From: a virus
Lineage: Duplodnaviria; Heunggongvirae; Uroviricota; Caudoviricetes
Virus record (IMG/VR): IMGVR_UViG_3300036884_000676
Strand: one strand, 5' to 3'
DNA length: 64,000 bases
The notes below the pieces were generated by a model. The model had not been told where the DNA came from. It did not search any database and saw nothing but the letters and a program-made list of their open reading frames with translations. Position numbers and translations under genes: made by a program. Shown here one piece after another: positions 48,578 through 57,604 of the stretch (position 1 is the stretch's first letter; every line of letters begins with the position of its first letter).

Positions 48578-49693
48578 ATGGAAATTACCACGAGAGACAT
48601 CAGAATAGCTTTCTACGAATTAGGAAGAATCTTAGAAAAATTAAACAACACTGTTTTATTAATCAATGAAAAATATGGTGAAAATCAGGGGAAACTTTTT
48701 GAAGCTGGTTTCTGGGATAGATTGAAAACTGGTGCTGGAAAAGTGGGATCAGCAATTGGTGGAGCAGCAGGATCAGTAAAGAATATAGGTACAACCGCCG
48801 TAGACAGAACAAAACAAGCCGTATCAACAGCTATAGATAAAACAAAACAAGTCGCCACTTCAGCTTATGATAAAGGAAAACAATTAGGTCAACAAGCAGT
48901 TACAGCAATTGGTGAAATCGCTAATAAAGTCGCTGGATATTTTTCTCAAGCTTTTCAATGGATCTCAGAACAACCTGAAGCTTTCTGGAACAAAGTAAAA
49001 GAGGGATGGGATAATGTAGCTGATCAAATAGCTAAAATGAAAGAAACAGCAGGTGATAAATTCCAATTAAATGTCGGTTTAATTCTCGAAGATATAAACA
49101 AGAAATTATGTAAGAAATTAAGAGAACTAACAAATGATAAACAAATGGGTGCTTATGCAATCGCAAGAAAAAGACCATCAGATTTTAAAGGTAAATACGC
49201 TAAATTCAAAGGAACATTTCAAGCAGTAGGTCAAGAATTGGTAAAGAGTAAATACGCCGCTGCTAAGGAATTCGGTCAAAAATTATTGGATTCACTTGAA
49301 CAAGGAGCAGAAGATGTATTCTATTTCACATTAGGATTGATTTTAGTACCTTTTTACGCTGTTGGTTGGGTAGCAAAGAAATTAATGGTTTTGGGTATTG
49401 ATTTTGGTCATGTTGTAGAAGAATTCATTAAAACAGCCAAGGTAGAATTACCTGAGGTTTGGAGTGAGTTTAAAGGTGGAGTTAAAACTGGTTATCAAGA
49501 AAAAACAGAACCAGCTACAGTTCCAACAACTGAACCAGCAGCTCCTGTTACACCAGCCCCAGCTACTGAAAGAACAATTTTAAGATTTGCTGATTTTGTT
49601 AATGAAAAAAAGAAATTGAAAAAGAAAGACAGAGAAAAAGGAAAAATATGTGATGATTGTAAAAAATTTCCATGTGAATGTCCAACTGAATAA
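48578..49693 (+). CDS. late amphipathic-helix protein with C-terminal CTS-like motif
   Basis: Start 48578 after TTAATATATAA (48545); 11-mer-like KTKQ repeats; ILRFADFVNE near the C-terminus, then CDDC..PCEC. Confidence 0.65.
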   Translation: MEITTRDIRIAFYELGRILEKLNNTVLLINEKYGENQGKLFEAGFWDRLKTGAGKVGSAIGGAAGSVKNIGTTAVDRTKQAVSTAIDKTKQVATSAYDKGKQLGQQAVTAIGEIANKVAGYFSQAFQWISEQPEAFWNKVKEGWDNVADQIAKMKETAGDKFQLNVGLILEDINKKLCKKLRELTNDKQMGAYAIARKRPSDFKGKYAKFKGTFQAVGQELVKSKYAAAKEFGQKLLDSLEQGAEDVFYFTLGLILVPFYAVGWVAKKLMVLGIDFGHVVEEFIKTAKVELPEVWSEFKGGVKTGYQEKTEPATVPTTEPAAPVTPAPATERTILRFADFVNEKKKLKKKDREKGKICDDCKKFPCECPTE

Positions 49694-49698
49694 AACAA

Positions 49699-49724
49699 AA
49701 AAAACCCGAAACTTCGGGTTTTTT
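49699..49724. terminator. bidirectional intrinsic terminator
   Basis: AAAAAACCCGA-aact-TCGGGTTTTTT. Confidence 0.85.
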
Positions 49725-49755
49725 CTTGCGTCAAACTAAAAACAAAAAATGAAAA

Positions 49756-50019
49756 TCACGATAGAAAAAATTCTTTATTTCTTTTAATGGCTCTTACCAA
49801 TCCGATGATTAATCCTATAACCAGACTGAAATAGACCCATTGTAACATTATAAATCCAAGATATTGATACCATTTGTACCAGATAGAAATCAATTGGAAA
49901 TAATTTATACCGAATAATTTTGTCGTGATAAACCAGTTGAAATATGTCAGTAAAAACAGAAGTGGTAAATAAGTTATTAGAATCTTAAATATAACCACAA
50001 ATTTCTTATTGAGTTCCAT
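49756..50019 (-). CDS. small membrane protein
   Basis: Start 50019, MELNKKFVV; two hydrophobic segments. Confidence 0.6.
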   Translation of the reverse strand: MELNKKFVVIFKILITYLPLLFLLTYFNWFITTKLFGINYFQLISIWYKWYQYLGFIMLQWVYFSLVIGLIIGLVRAIKRNKEFFLS

Positions 50020-50284
50020 TGTTTCCTTCTTTCTTAATGAATTTCTGATACTTCGTTTTGTACTTATCAACTCTACCAGCAGTATCAATAAGTTTCATTT
50101 TACCCGTAAAGAAAGGATGTGATGTATTACTTATCTCCAACTTAATCAAAGGATATTCCACTCCATCTTCCCATAAGATAGTATCTTTGGTTTGAGCGGT
50201 AGATTTGGATAAAAAAGAATATCCATTCGACATATCTTTAAAAACGACAACCCTGTATTCTTTTGGGTGAATTCCTTTTTTCAT
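50006..50284 (-). CDS. rpmE2: ribosomal protein bL31 type B
   Basis: Start 50284: MKKGIHPKEYRVVVFKDMS...YPLIKLEISNTSHPFFTGK...DTAGRVDKY; no Zn-binding Cys. Confidence 0.93.
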   Translation of the reverse strand: MKKGIHPKEYRVVVFKDMSNGYSFLSKSTAQTKDTILWEDGVEYPLIKLEISNTSHPFFTGKMKLIDTAGRVDKYKTKYQKFIKKEGNNGTQ

Positions 50285-50301
50285 TTCAATAACTATTAAT
50301 A

Positions 50302-50514
50302 TTAACCATAAAACTGTACTAAACGCATCACTTCTTCCTGACAATCGGGATCTTCCATTGCTCTCCTCATTCTTTCATCAAAATAATCATGAAACATAAA
50401 CTGATCATTTTCTGATGATGGGGGATACACTTCGTTTAAACCATTATTGATTCTCTGAATTGCTTCAGATGTCGGTTTCGAAATGGGTTTCTGGTTTTTG
50501 GTTGATTTTTTCAT
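50302..50514 (-). CDS. hypothetical early protein
   Basis: Start 50514 behind early promoter. Confidence 0.55.
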   Translation of the reverse strand: MKKSTKNQKPISKPTSEAIQRINNGLNEVYPPSSENDQFMFHDYFDERMRRAMEDPDCQEEVMRLVQFYG

Positions 50515-50543
50515 TTGTATGTTCCTTTTTAAGTTTGACAATA

Positions 50544-50578
50544 CAAAGGTACGATTGATTTCTGAGATAAAAAAATTA
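50544..50578 (-). promoter_or_regulatory. early promoter (upstream of the bL31B unit)
   Basis: Minus strand AATTTTTTTATCTC...TCGTACCTTTG. Confidence 0.72.
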
Positions 50579-50586
50579 ATGTCTTA

Positions 50587-50961
50587 TTATTGAAAATATT
50601 TATTATCTTTAATACACCATTCAATTGCAAGAGCAAGGATTGAAGTATCTGGACCGTGGTCTCTACCCTTATACCAGTTAATAAGTTTGTCGAACTCTTC
50701 TTTGGTAAATTTTAGTTCATCAATACACCTTTTAACAGCATCGTATGTTTGTGGAATAGATACAATGTTTCCGTATTGTTCCATTCCTTTGAAACGGTAC
50801 ATTCCTGTTTCCCCTAATTTGTCGTGTTCTTCTTTAAGGATAATTTCAAAAATTTCCATCATTCCAAAGAATGAATCACGACCACCGAGCCTATCAACTG
50901 TCATAATTTGACGGCTCATATTTAAGATTTTGAGTAAAGGATTTTCTTTTGTTTCGTTCAT
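50587..50961 (-). CDS. hypothetical protein
   Basis: 124-aa ORF. Confidence 0.65.
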   Translation of the reverse strand: MNETKENPLLKILNMSRQIMTVDRLGGRDSFFGMMEIFEIILKEEHDKLGETGMYRFKGMEQYGNIVSIPQTYDAVKRCIDELKFTKEEFDKLINWYKGRDHGPDTSILALAIEWCIKDNKYFQ

Positions 50962-51101
50962 TTTCTTTCTTTCTGATAATTACCATATATTTTCTTGGCC
51001 ATTGAACATCCTATCGTGTGATGTAGCATCCAAATATAACCATTTCCGCATGATTCCTTACACATTGGACATTTTTCTGTTTTCTCTTTCTTTGTGTTCA
51101 T
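50958..51101 (-). CDS. 47-aa Cys/His protein (not in ORF track)
   Basis: MNTKKEKTEKCPMCKESC...HH..GC; ATGA overlap with the next gene. Confidence 0.5.
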   Translation of the reverse strand: MNTKKEKTEKCPMCKESCGNGYIWMLHHTIGCSMAKKIYGNYQKERK

Positions 51102-51131
51102 CTTTTTTATATTAAAAGAGTAGAGTGGGGA

Positions 51132-52598
51132 TTACCACCTACGAAGTTTTCCCCACACTACCATTAACTTAGTTTTGATACTTGGGTTCAATTCACGATT
51201 TAACCACAGTTTAGCACCCTTTAAAGTGGTAAATTCGAGGTTATCCTGAGCTTCATCTGCCTTCTTCAAGATTTCACCGAACTTCAATCCCGGCTTCATC
51301 CCGATTTCAATCAGATGGCGACCCATCAGAATGGACTTCCTCTGTTCAGTTGTAACATGGAGTGTCTTTGCGAGATTCCATACTTCCTCGATTTCAGTCC
51401 TAACTTTAAGAATCCTTTCTTCATCGACATTATCCCTACCCAGAGCATCAGCCTCAATAACAAAGAGTAAATCCTTGATAGTAGACGGATGAATGTTCTT
51501 AGAAAGTCTCAGAAGAGCTTTCTTCCTACTACTCAGTCCGTTGATTGAAAAGATGTTGACATGAGCCAAATGGAACTTAATCAGTTTTACAATCTGTTCG
51601 ACCAACACTGGTTTAATTCCAATCCTGTTAAGGATTTCTTCAGCCATCACAGCACCTAATCCCTCATGACCCTTACTTGTAACACAAATTCTACCACCCT
51701 TTTCTTCATGTTCGGTAGTTTGTGGTTTTGCGATATCATGAAGTAACATGGTAAACATGAACTTGGCTCTTTCATCCTCGACAATTCCCTCTCTTTCACA
51801 AATACTCAACATCCTTTTCATGGTCAGTTGGGTATGCTTTTCAACATCACCCTCTGGGTGCCAAATCGGGTCTTGTTCAGTATCTTTCAGAAGTCCAAGT
51901 TCAGGAATAACGACCATAGAACCACTTTCACGAAGAAAATCAAAAATCAGTTCAGGGTGTTTTCCCTTAATTGCCCATTTCATGAATTCTTCGGATAACC
52001 TTTCTTTCGGAAGATGTTTCAGTTCTTCAGACATTTCCCTCATGACCTCAAAAGTTTCAGGTGCCACAGTAAATCCAAAACGGGATTGAAACTGTAAACC
52101 CCTCAGAACCCTAAGAGAATCTTCCTTAAACTTATCAGAAGTATGACGAATGATACCATTCTGTAAATCTTCCAGACCGTTAAAGAAGTCAAAAAGGATA
52201 TTGTTAATTGGGTCGAAACCCAGAGCGTTCCATGTAAAATCCCTACGGAGAGCGGCTTCTTCTTTGGTCATTGGTTCGAAACTAACTTCGAAATCCTTAT
52301 GACCAACACCAAGACGATTTTCCTTACGAGGTACGGAAAAATCACATTCCAAATTATCTTTTTTGAATTTCAAAATACCGAAACTCTTACCTACGGAATC
52401 AACCTTTCCAAGACGGGAAAGAATCTTATCAAGTTGTTCGACAGTACATCCATGCACTTCAATATCAATATCTTTCGGATCAATTTCCATAAATTTATCA
52501 CGGACACATCCCCCGATCAATACGGGTTCAAATCCATTTTTACGGAGTTCCTGAAGAATCGAAATTAATATGTTATCGGTGAATGTGATGTTCGTCAT
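51132..52598 (-). CDS. cca: CCA-adding tRNA nucleotidyltransferase with HD domain
   Basis: GGCVRD...KDIDIE, RRDFTWNA, F.EDSLRVLR, ERL.EE, HPEGDV..H and LLHDIAK. Confidence 0.9.
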   Translation of the reverse strand: MTNITFTDNILISILQELRKNGFEPVLIGGCVRDKFMEIDPKDIDIEVHGCTVEQLDKILSRLGKVDSVGKSFGILKFKKDNLECDFSVPRKENRLGVGHKDFEVSFEPMTKEEAALRRDFTWNALGFDPINNILFDFFNGLEDLQNGIIRHTSDKFKEDSLRVLRGLQFQSRFGFTVAPETFEVMREMSEELKHLPKERLSEEFMKWAIKGKHPELIFDFLRESGSMVVIPELGLLKDTEQDPIWHPEGDVEKHTQLTMKRMLSICEREGIVEDERAKFMFTMLLHDIAKPQTTEHEEKGGRICVTSKGHEGLGAVMAEEILNRIGIKPVLVEQIVKLIKFHLAHVNIFSINGLSSRKKALLRLSKNIHPSTIKDLLFVIEADALGRDNVDEERILKVRTEIEEVWNLAKTLHVTTEQRKSILMGRHLIEIGMKPGLKFGEILKKADEAQDNLEFTTLKGAKLWLNRELNPSIKTKLMVVWGKLRRW

Positions 52599-52623
52599 TT
52601 ATCTATTTTTAAATTTGACTCTA

Positions 52624-52658
52624 CAAAGATACGATCTTTATGCGAGATAAAAAAATTT
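52624..52658 (-). promoter_or_regulatory. early promoter of cca
   Basis: Minus strand AATTTTTTTATCTC...TCGTATCTTTG. Confidence 0.72.
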
Positions 52659-52688
52659 ATATATAAAGAAAATTGAGTTATTTTCTCT

Positions 52689-53636
52689 ATGATTATTACT
52701 GAATTCAACAAATTTAACAAAAGGAATGTGGTGAGCTTCGATTTTGATGGAGTGCTTCATTTAAGTATGATTCCCGGCACGATCCATCCTGCTGATTGGA
52801 TCAATTATAAGACATGGATACCGAGTAAAAAATTACACGGAATTTTAAAAAAAGAACATCAGAATGGTAATAAAATAATCGTAATTAGTGCTCGTGATAA
52901 AAAATTTTATGATTTTAATAAACCAGATTTCAATTGGGACTCCCCACCATTAGACATGAAAAAGATCATGATGAAATTTATGAAATTATATCAATTACCA
53001 GTGGATGATATAATTTTAACTGACAATGGTCCAAAAAAGCAAATTTTAATTGATATGAAGGCCATAAGACATTATGATGATAATATTGATATGGAACGAG
53101 AATTAAAAGATACTAATATTGAATTTGTATATGTTTATAATGATAAAATAGTAAGAAGAATTAAAAATAAAGGTAATAATATTTCTGAGGAAAAAATTAT
53201 TGATAGTGAAACGATTGGGGAAATTCAAAAGCATATTGCTGATGGAACGAAAAATGACAAACCAATATTAACACCTGACGGTAAAAATGTGTATGTGATT
53301 CGAGCTGTTCAAAAAGGAGAATTTGATCATGTTATGAATAAAGGTGGGGTATCTGGAACATTCTGGGGAACTGAAATAAGTTATCGTAGTAATTATTATT
53401 TTATTAAACCAGATTCAGGATATGATAAAAGTTGGTCTTTTAGCCTTGACTTCAATCCAACCATTAGTAATTGGCCAGATGAACCTCGTATTGAAAAACC
53501 AAATCCAAATTATAGACTACCAAACAAATTAATAGATCATTTTCAGGAAGTAGGTAGAAGAAGTGCCGTATCCTTAGAGGATATTTCCTATATCTTAGAT
53601 TCAAAAGGAGAAATTGTATATGATAAAGGAATTTAA
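52689..53636 (+). CDS. HAD-superfamily domain protein with additional C-terminal domain
   Basis: SFDFDGVL (DxD), ISAR, K and HYDDN; start MIITEFNKF; late motif 52656-52666. Confidence 0.7.
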   Translation: MIITEFNKFNKRNVVSFDFDGVLHLSMIPGTIHPADWINYKTWIPSKKLHGILKKEHQNGNKIIVISARDKKFYDFNKPDFNWDSPPLDMKKIMMKFMKLYQLPVDDIILTDNGPKKQILIDMKAIRHYDDNIDMERELKDTNIEFVYVYNDKIVRRIKNKGNNISEEKIIDSETIGEIQKHIADGTKNDKPILTPDGKNVYVIRAVQKGEFDHVMNKGGVSGTFWGTEISYRSNYYFIKPDSGYDKSWSFSLDFNPTISNWPDEPRIEKPNPNYRLPNKLIDHFQEVGRRSAVSLEDISYILDSKGEIVYDKGI

Positions 53637-54219
53637 AATATTTGAAAGTAAACAGATTGGTGTGTTATATCATTTCACTACTTTGAGTAGCCTTTTCGAC
53701 ATGATACTTCGAGCAAGATATGTAACAAGTGAGGAAAACAAAATATTTCTCAAATTCGGATATAAAACAAATATTTCTCTCAGTAGAAATTTTAATATGA
53801 AATCATCAGAATTAAAAATTGAAAAACAATGTGTAAGAATAGTCATCAATGGAGATAAATTATCAAATCATTATAAAATTGAACCTTTTTCAGATCCAAT
53901 ATATGATAAAACTCGTTCAGAAAGAGAAGAAAGAATTATGAGAGGTAGAAGAGATGATGTCGCCGATATTACAAATTATATCATTCAAATTGATGTTTTA
54001 AAAAATCCAGTATTAGCTGATCTTTATCCTTGGAAGCCTATTAATTCATACACTTTTTCAGATCCGAAAAATACTCAATTAAAAATAAGTGTATCCGAAA
54101 CAGATGAAATCATTAGATTATATGAAATGTATTTGAAAGAAACCCTAAGATTTTTCGGTTTTTGTAAATTCAACTTTAAAATTAATGTAGTTGATAAAAT
54201 GAATCCTGTTCGACTATGA
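53620..54219 (+). CDS. CTS-bearing ADP-ribosyltransferase-fold-like protein
   Basis: MIKEFKIFES; LYHFT...ISLSRN...GDKLSNHYKI...EREERI. Confidence 0.55.
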   Translation: MIKEFKIFESKQIGVLYHFTTLSSLFDMILRARYVTSEENKIFLKFGYKTNISLSRNFNMKSSELKIEKQCVRIVINGDKLSNHYKIEPFSDPIYDKTRSEREERIMRGRRDDVADITNYIIQIDVLKNPVLADLYPWKPINSYTFSDPKNTQLKISVSETDEIIRLYEMYLKETLRFFGFCKFNFKINVVDKMNPVRL

Positions 54220-55163
54220 TAACAGATTTTAAAATATTCGAAAGTAAAAATATACAGAATCTTTATCATATATTGGATACTGAAAAATTATACTATGTCT
54301 TAAAGAATAACGAAATCACATCTTATAAATTTCACTATATATCAACCACGAGAAATAAAATGATGAATGGGTATACTGGTGATAACTCAACTTCAATTTT
54401 TAAACTTGAATTGGATGGTCCGAAATTGACAGACAATTATAAAATGAAATCATTTCAAGACAGTGGGTGGGAACTTGGTACAGATAATGAAAGAACTCAT
54501 TTTTATCATCAGGAATGGGAAGAACAAATACAAACCAATAAAATTAAAAACGCAAAAAAGTACATTGTCAAAATAATATTACTGAAAAACAGGATAGATA
54601 GATTGAAAGATAGTTCATGGTTCGAAAATCATTTTAGTGAAAGAGGTAGAAAATCAAAATGGATAAATTTACCTGATATATTGAAAGACATCATCGACAA
54701 ATATAAAATAGAACTCTGGGTTCAGGATGGTTCAGTAATCAAAAAAGACGATGAATATGTAAATAGTATCATCAATTATGATGTCAGAAAAAAATATCAT
54801 GGATTTGCTTTATATTGGAGGGGATATATTACCCAGAAAGATAGATTTGGTTATTTGGAAAAAACTTTACCATTGGATAAAAGAAATCCAAAAATAGAAA
54901 AACTGGTAGTCGGATATACATATGATAATCTCTGGGTGAAATCAAAATTAGATATATCAAAGAATCTTATAAAAAACAGACCAAAAATATTCAAAGCGGA
55001 AGCATCATTAAACATCTTCAATTTCGAATATGATGAAGATGATATTCTCAAAAAAGAGGGTGATTTTATTCTTTTAAAACAAGGTAAATTAAAAGAAATA
55101 GATCCAATTCAGAAATATGATTACGCTTGGGATAGAGAAATGGTACTCGATACAGAATTTTAA
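54216..55163 (+). CDS. paralog of upstream ART-fold-like protein
   Basis: MITDFKIFES; LYH...ISTTRN...LDGPKLTDNYKM...EWEEQI. Confidence 0.55.
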   Translation: MITDFKIFESKNIQNLYHILDTEKLYYVLKNNEITSYKFHYISTTRNKMMNGYTGDNSTSIFKLELDGPKLTDNYKMKSFQDSGWELGTDNERTHFYHQEWEEQIQTNKIKNAKKYIVKIILLKNRIDRLKDSSWFENHFSERGRKSKWINLPDILKDIIDKYKIELWVQDGSVIKKDDEYVNSIINYDVRKKYHGFALYWRGYITQKDRFGYLEKTLPLDKRNPKIEKLVVGYTYDNLWVKSKLDISKNLIKNRPKIFKAEASLNIFNFEYDEDDILKKEGDFILLKQGKLKEIDPIQKYDYAWDREMVLDTEF

Positions 55164-55271
55164 TCCCAAAAAGTTTGTTTTTTCATATTTTTTTCGTAAT
55201 ATATAATACTTTATTTTAAAAAATAAATCCAATGTTTTATGGACTGACAAAATAATGATTAAAAAAGAGAA

Positions 55272-55649
55272 ATGAAAAAAAACGGATTTGGACCTCATTT
55301 GATGTTAGATTTAAATGAGTGTAATGTAGATAAGTTGAACGATTACAAATTCATTTTTGAGTTGTTGAACACCATTCCTGATAGAATTGGGATGACAAAA
55401 ATAACACAACCCTATGTGTTTCCATATTCTGGGTTAGTTCCTGAAGATGAAGGAATAACTGGAATAGTAATAATAGCAGAAAGTCATATAAGTATACATA
55501 CATTTCCAAAAAAGAAATATGTTTTCATTGACATTTTTTCATGTAAATACTTTGATCTGGAAAATATAAAGCAAGAACTAATCAAGACATTTGAATCTAA
55601 AAAGTTTCATGTTCATTTCACCGAAAGAGGTAAAGATTTTCCGAGATAA
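55272..55649 (+). CDS. speD: S-adenosylmethionine decarboxylase proenzyme (class 1B)
   Basis: G.HL.LDL, GITGIVIIAESHISIHTFP and DIFSC. Confidence 0.92.
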   Translation: MKKNGFGPHLMLDLNECNVDKLNDYKFIFELLNTIPDRIGMTKITQPYVFPYSGLVPEDEGITGIVIIAESHISIHTFPKKKYVFIDIFSCKYFDLENIKQELIKTFESKKFHVHFTERGKDFPR

Positions 55650-56018
55650 TTATTTCTTCAATTCATCACCCAAACCATAAAGAAGATAAACCTGAGATGT
55701 ATTATTAAAAAAAGCGTTAGGGTCCATTACATCACTATCACCTTGATTGATGACTGTACCAGAAACATCTACCGTTCTTTTTAATTCATTTAGTTTATCT
55801 TGGGATTCTTTAGTTTGTTTATCCCATTCGTTTGGTCCCTGATTACTATATTTTTCATAATCAGGATAATAATCGTCCTTATTCTGATATCCTGATGCAT
55901 CACGAACCCTGATATCAAACCCATTTACATTTTCAGATTCATTCACATTTTCATATGGTTCTCTGTGAATGTTGAATCCGTTTGGAGAATAATTGTAATA
56001 ATCTTCCATAGTATTCAC
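55650..56018 (-). CDS. hypothetical late protein
   Basis: 122 aa; TAATATATAG at 56032-56041. Confidence 0.6.
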   Translation of the reverse strand: MNTMEDYYNYSPNGFNIHREPYENVNESENVNGFDIRVRDASGYQNKDDYYPDYEKYSNQGPNEWDKQTKESQDKLNELKRTVDVSGTVINQGDSDVMDPNAFFNNTSQVYLLYGLGDELKK

Positions 56019-56089
56019 AGTTATTTTCTTTCTATATATTATTTCGGAATGATCCTATTTTATATATACAAAAAAACATAGATTATTTT

Positions 56090-56770
56090 ATGAAAAGAAT
56101 AGATCCAACAAATACAACATTGATTAATGATTATAATAAAGAAGAAAAACTTACCGAATTAGAATTTTTAAGAAATGATGTTAAAGACTTATTAGATGAA
56201 ATGGATGATTTTCCTACTCCACCACCTGATTTATTACCGGGACTAAATTTAGAACGACAAACACACGATTACGAAAGAGATTTGGAATTAATAAAAGAAG
56301 AAACCAAAGAAACTCTTGATTGTATATCGAGTTTATATCTTGATGACGAAACAATGCAAAAGAAAAACATATCAAATATTATCCGAAATGATGCGGAAAC
56401 AATTTGTACCATAAAATTTTCAATCGAATGTGCCAAACGTGGTTTAGTTTCTTGTATGAAACAATTAGATGCCGGAACAACTAACGCTGAAATGTATATG
56501 GCTGTTAGTGCTTTTCAAAAGGAAATTCGAGATAGTAGTAAAATGAATTATGAACTCGTAACAAAAATGAAAACATTTTATAAAGAATTAAGAACCGAAT
56601 TAAAACAAGATAATTTGAATATATCTGGGGATTCACTTTCTGATCATCCACAACCTAAGATTGGTTCAAAAGAAAACGAGGGTTTATTTGTGTTCGATCC
56701 AAAATTAATAGATGATATTTTGGAAGAACGCAAAAAAAATCCCACCCTTTTAGATGGTGGGACTTTTTAA
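56090..56770 (+). CDS. helical late protein (distant small-terminase-like pattern)
   Basis: DYERDLELIKE...AEMYMAVSAFQKEI; late motif upstream; family call weak. Confidence 0.45.
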   Translation: MKRIDPTNTTLINDYNKEEKLTELEFLRNDVKDLLDEMDDFPTPPPDLLPGLNLERQTHDYERDLELIKEETKETLDCISSLYLDDETMQKKNISNIIRNDAETICTIKFSIECAKRGLVSCMKQLDAGTTNAEMYMAVSAFQKEIRDSSKMNYELVTKMKTFYKELRTELKQDNLNISGDSLSDHPQPKIGSKENEGLFVFDPKLIDDILEERKKNPTLLDGGTF

Positions 56771-56776
56771 AGAATT

Positions 56777-57595
56777 TTAATCATTATCAAGATTAGAATT
56801 ACCATGACTATCAACACTTGGTTGTACTCTTTCATCATCTTTTATACCATATCTATTTGGTCTCCCTTCTGATTTTATTGATGAATATTTATCAGGATAT
56901 AAATATTTAACAAAATCTTCATCTTTAAGGGTATCTACTGGTATTTTAGGATATTCATATCCATATGTATCATTTGCGAAATATTTCTTCTCCTTATGAT
57001 TAATATCAATAACACACAAACCTAAGTCGTTATACTTATAATTAAATAGCATTAATTTTTCTTTTTTGCCTCTTATATAGAAAGTTATGGTTATACCATT
57101 TACTCCCTCATTCCTGACGAGCGGAGATACTTCCGATGAACCGACAATATTTTTTAATCTTTGTCCTAATTCCTGAGCATATGTAATAATTTCACTATCT
57201 TTCATTTCTACAAATTTCTCAAATGTTTTTGATTCATATCCTCTATCCACTACATTGATTAATGTATCTGGACTTCCAGCCTTACCAGATGGATCAAATA
57301 TTTCTGGTTCTACATCATATTCAGAACCAAGATATAAAGTCATAAAAATTCTGAATCCCGTTATATGTTCGATTAATTCATCAACAACTTCTTCTGGGGT
57401 ATCTGTTACATTACTCATAAGATATTCTTTCAATTCTTCATTGGTAGAATCCTCGTCATTATTAACAATCTCCATCAACATATCCCAATCAGCTAAATTA
57501 GAATATTTCTTTTTAAATTCAGTAACCCATTGTAAAAATTCCTCTTTTTTTGGAATATCACTTCTTTCATTGATGAAATCTTTAAATCTTTTCAT
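56777..57595 (-). CDS. putative internal head protein (CTS)
   Basis: MKRFKDFINE; second internal motif KTFEKFVE. Confidence 0.7.
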   Translation of the reverse strand: MKRFKDFINERSDIPKKEEFLQWVTEFKKKYSNLADWDMLMEIVNNDEDSTNEELKEYLMSNVTDTPEEVVDELIEHITGFRIFMTLYLGSEYDVEPEIFDPSGKAGSPDTLINVVDRGYESKTFEKFVEMKDSEIITYAQELGQRLKNIVGSSEVSPLVRNEGVNGITITFYIRGKKEKLMLFNYKYNDLGLCVIDINHKEKKYFANDTYGYEYPKIPVDTLKDEDFVKYLYPDKYSSIKSEGRPNRYGIKDDERVQPSVDSHGNSNLDND

Positions 57596-57604
57596 TCTTA
57601 TTAA

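Noticed and set aside
56090-56770. Firm call as small terminase
   Set aside because: Only a loose helical resemblance, and no large terminase in the window; left as a weak suggestion.
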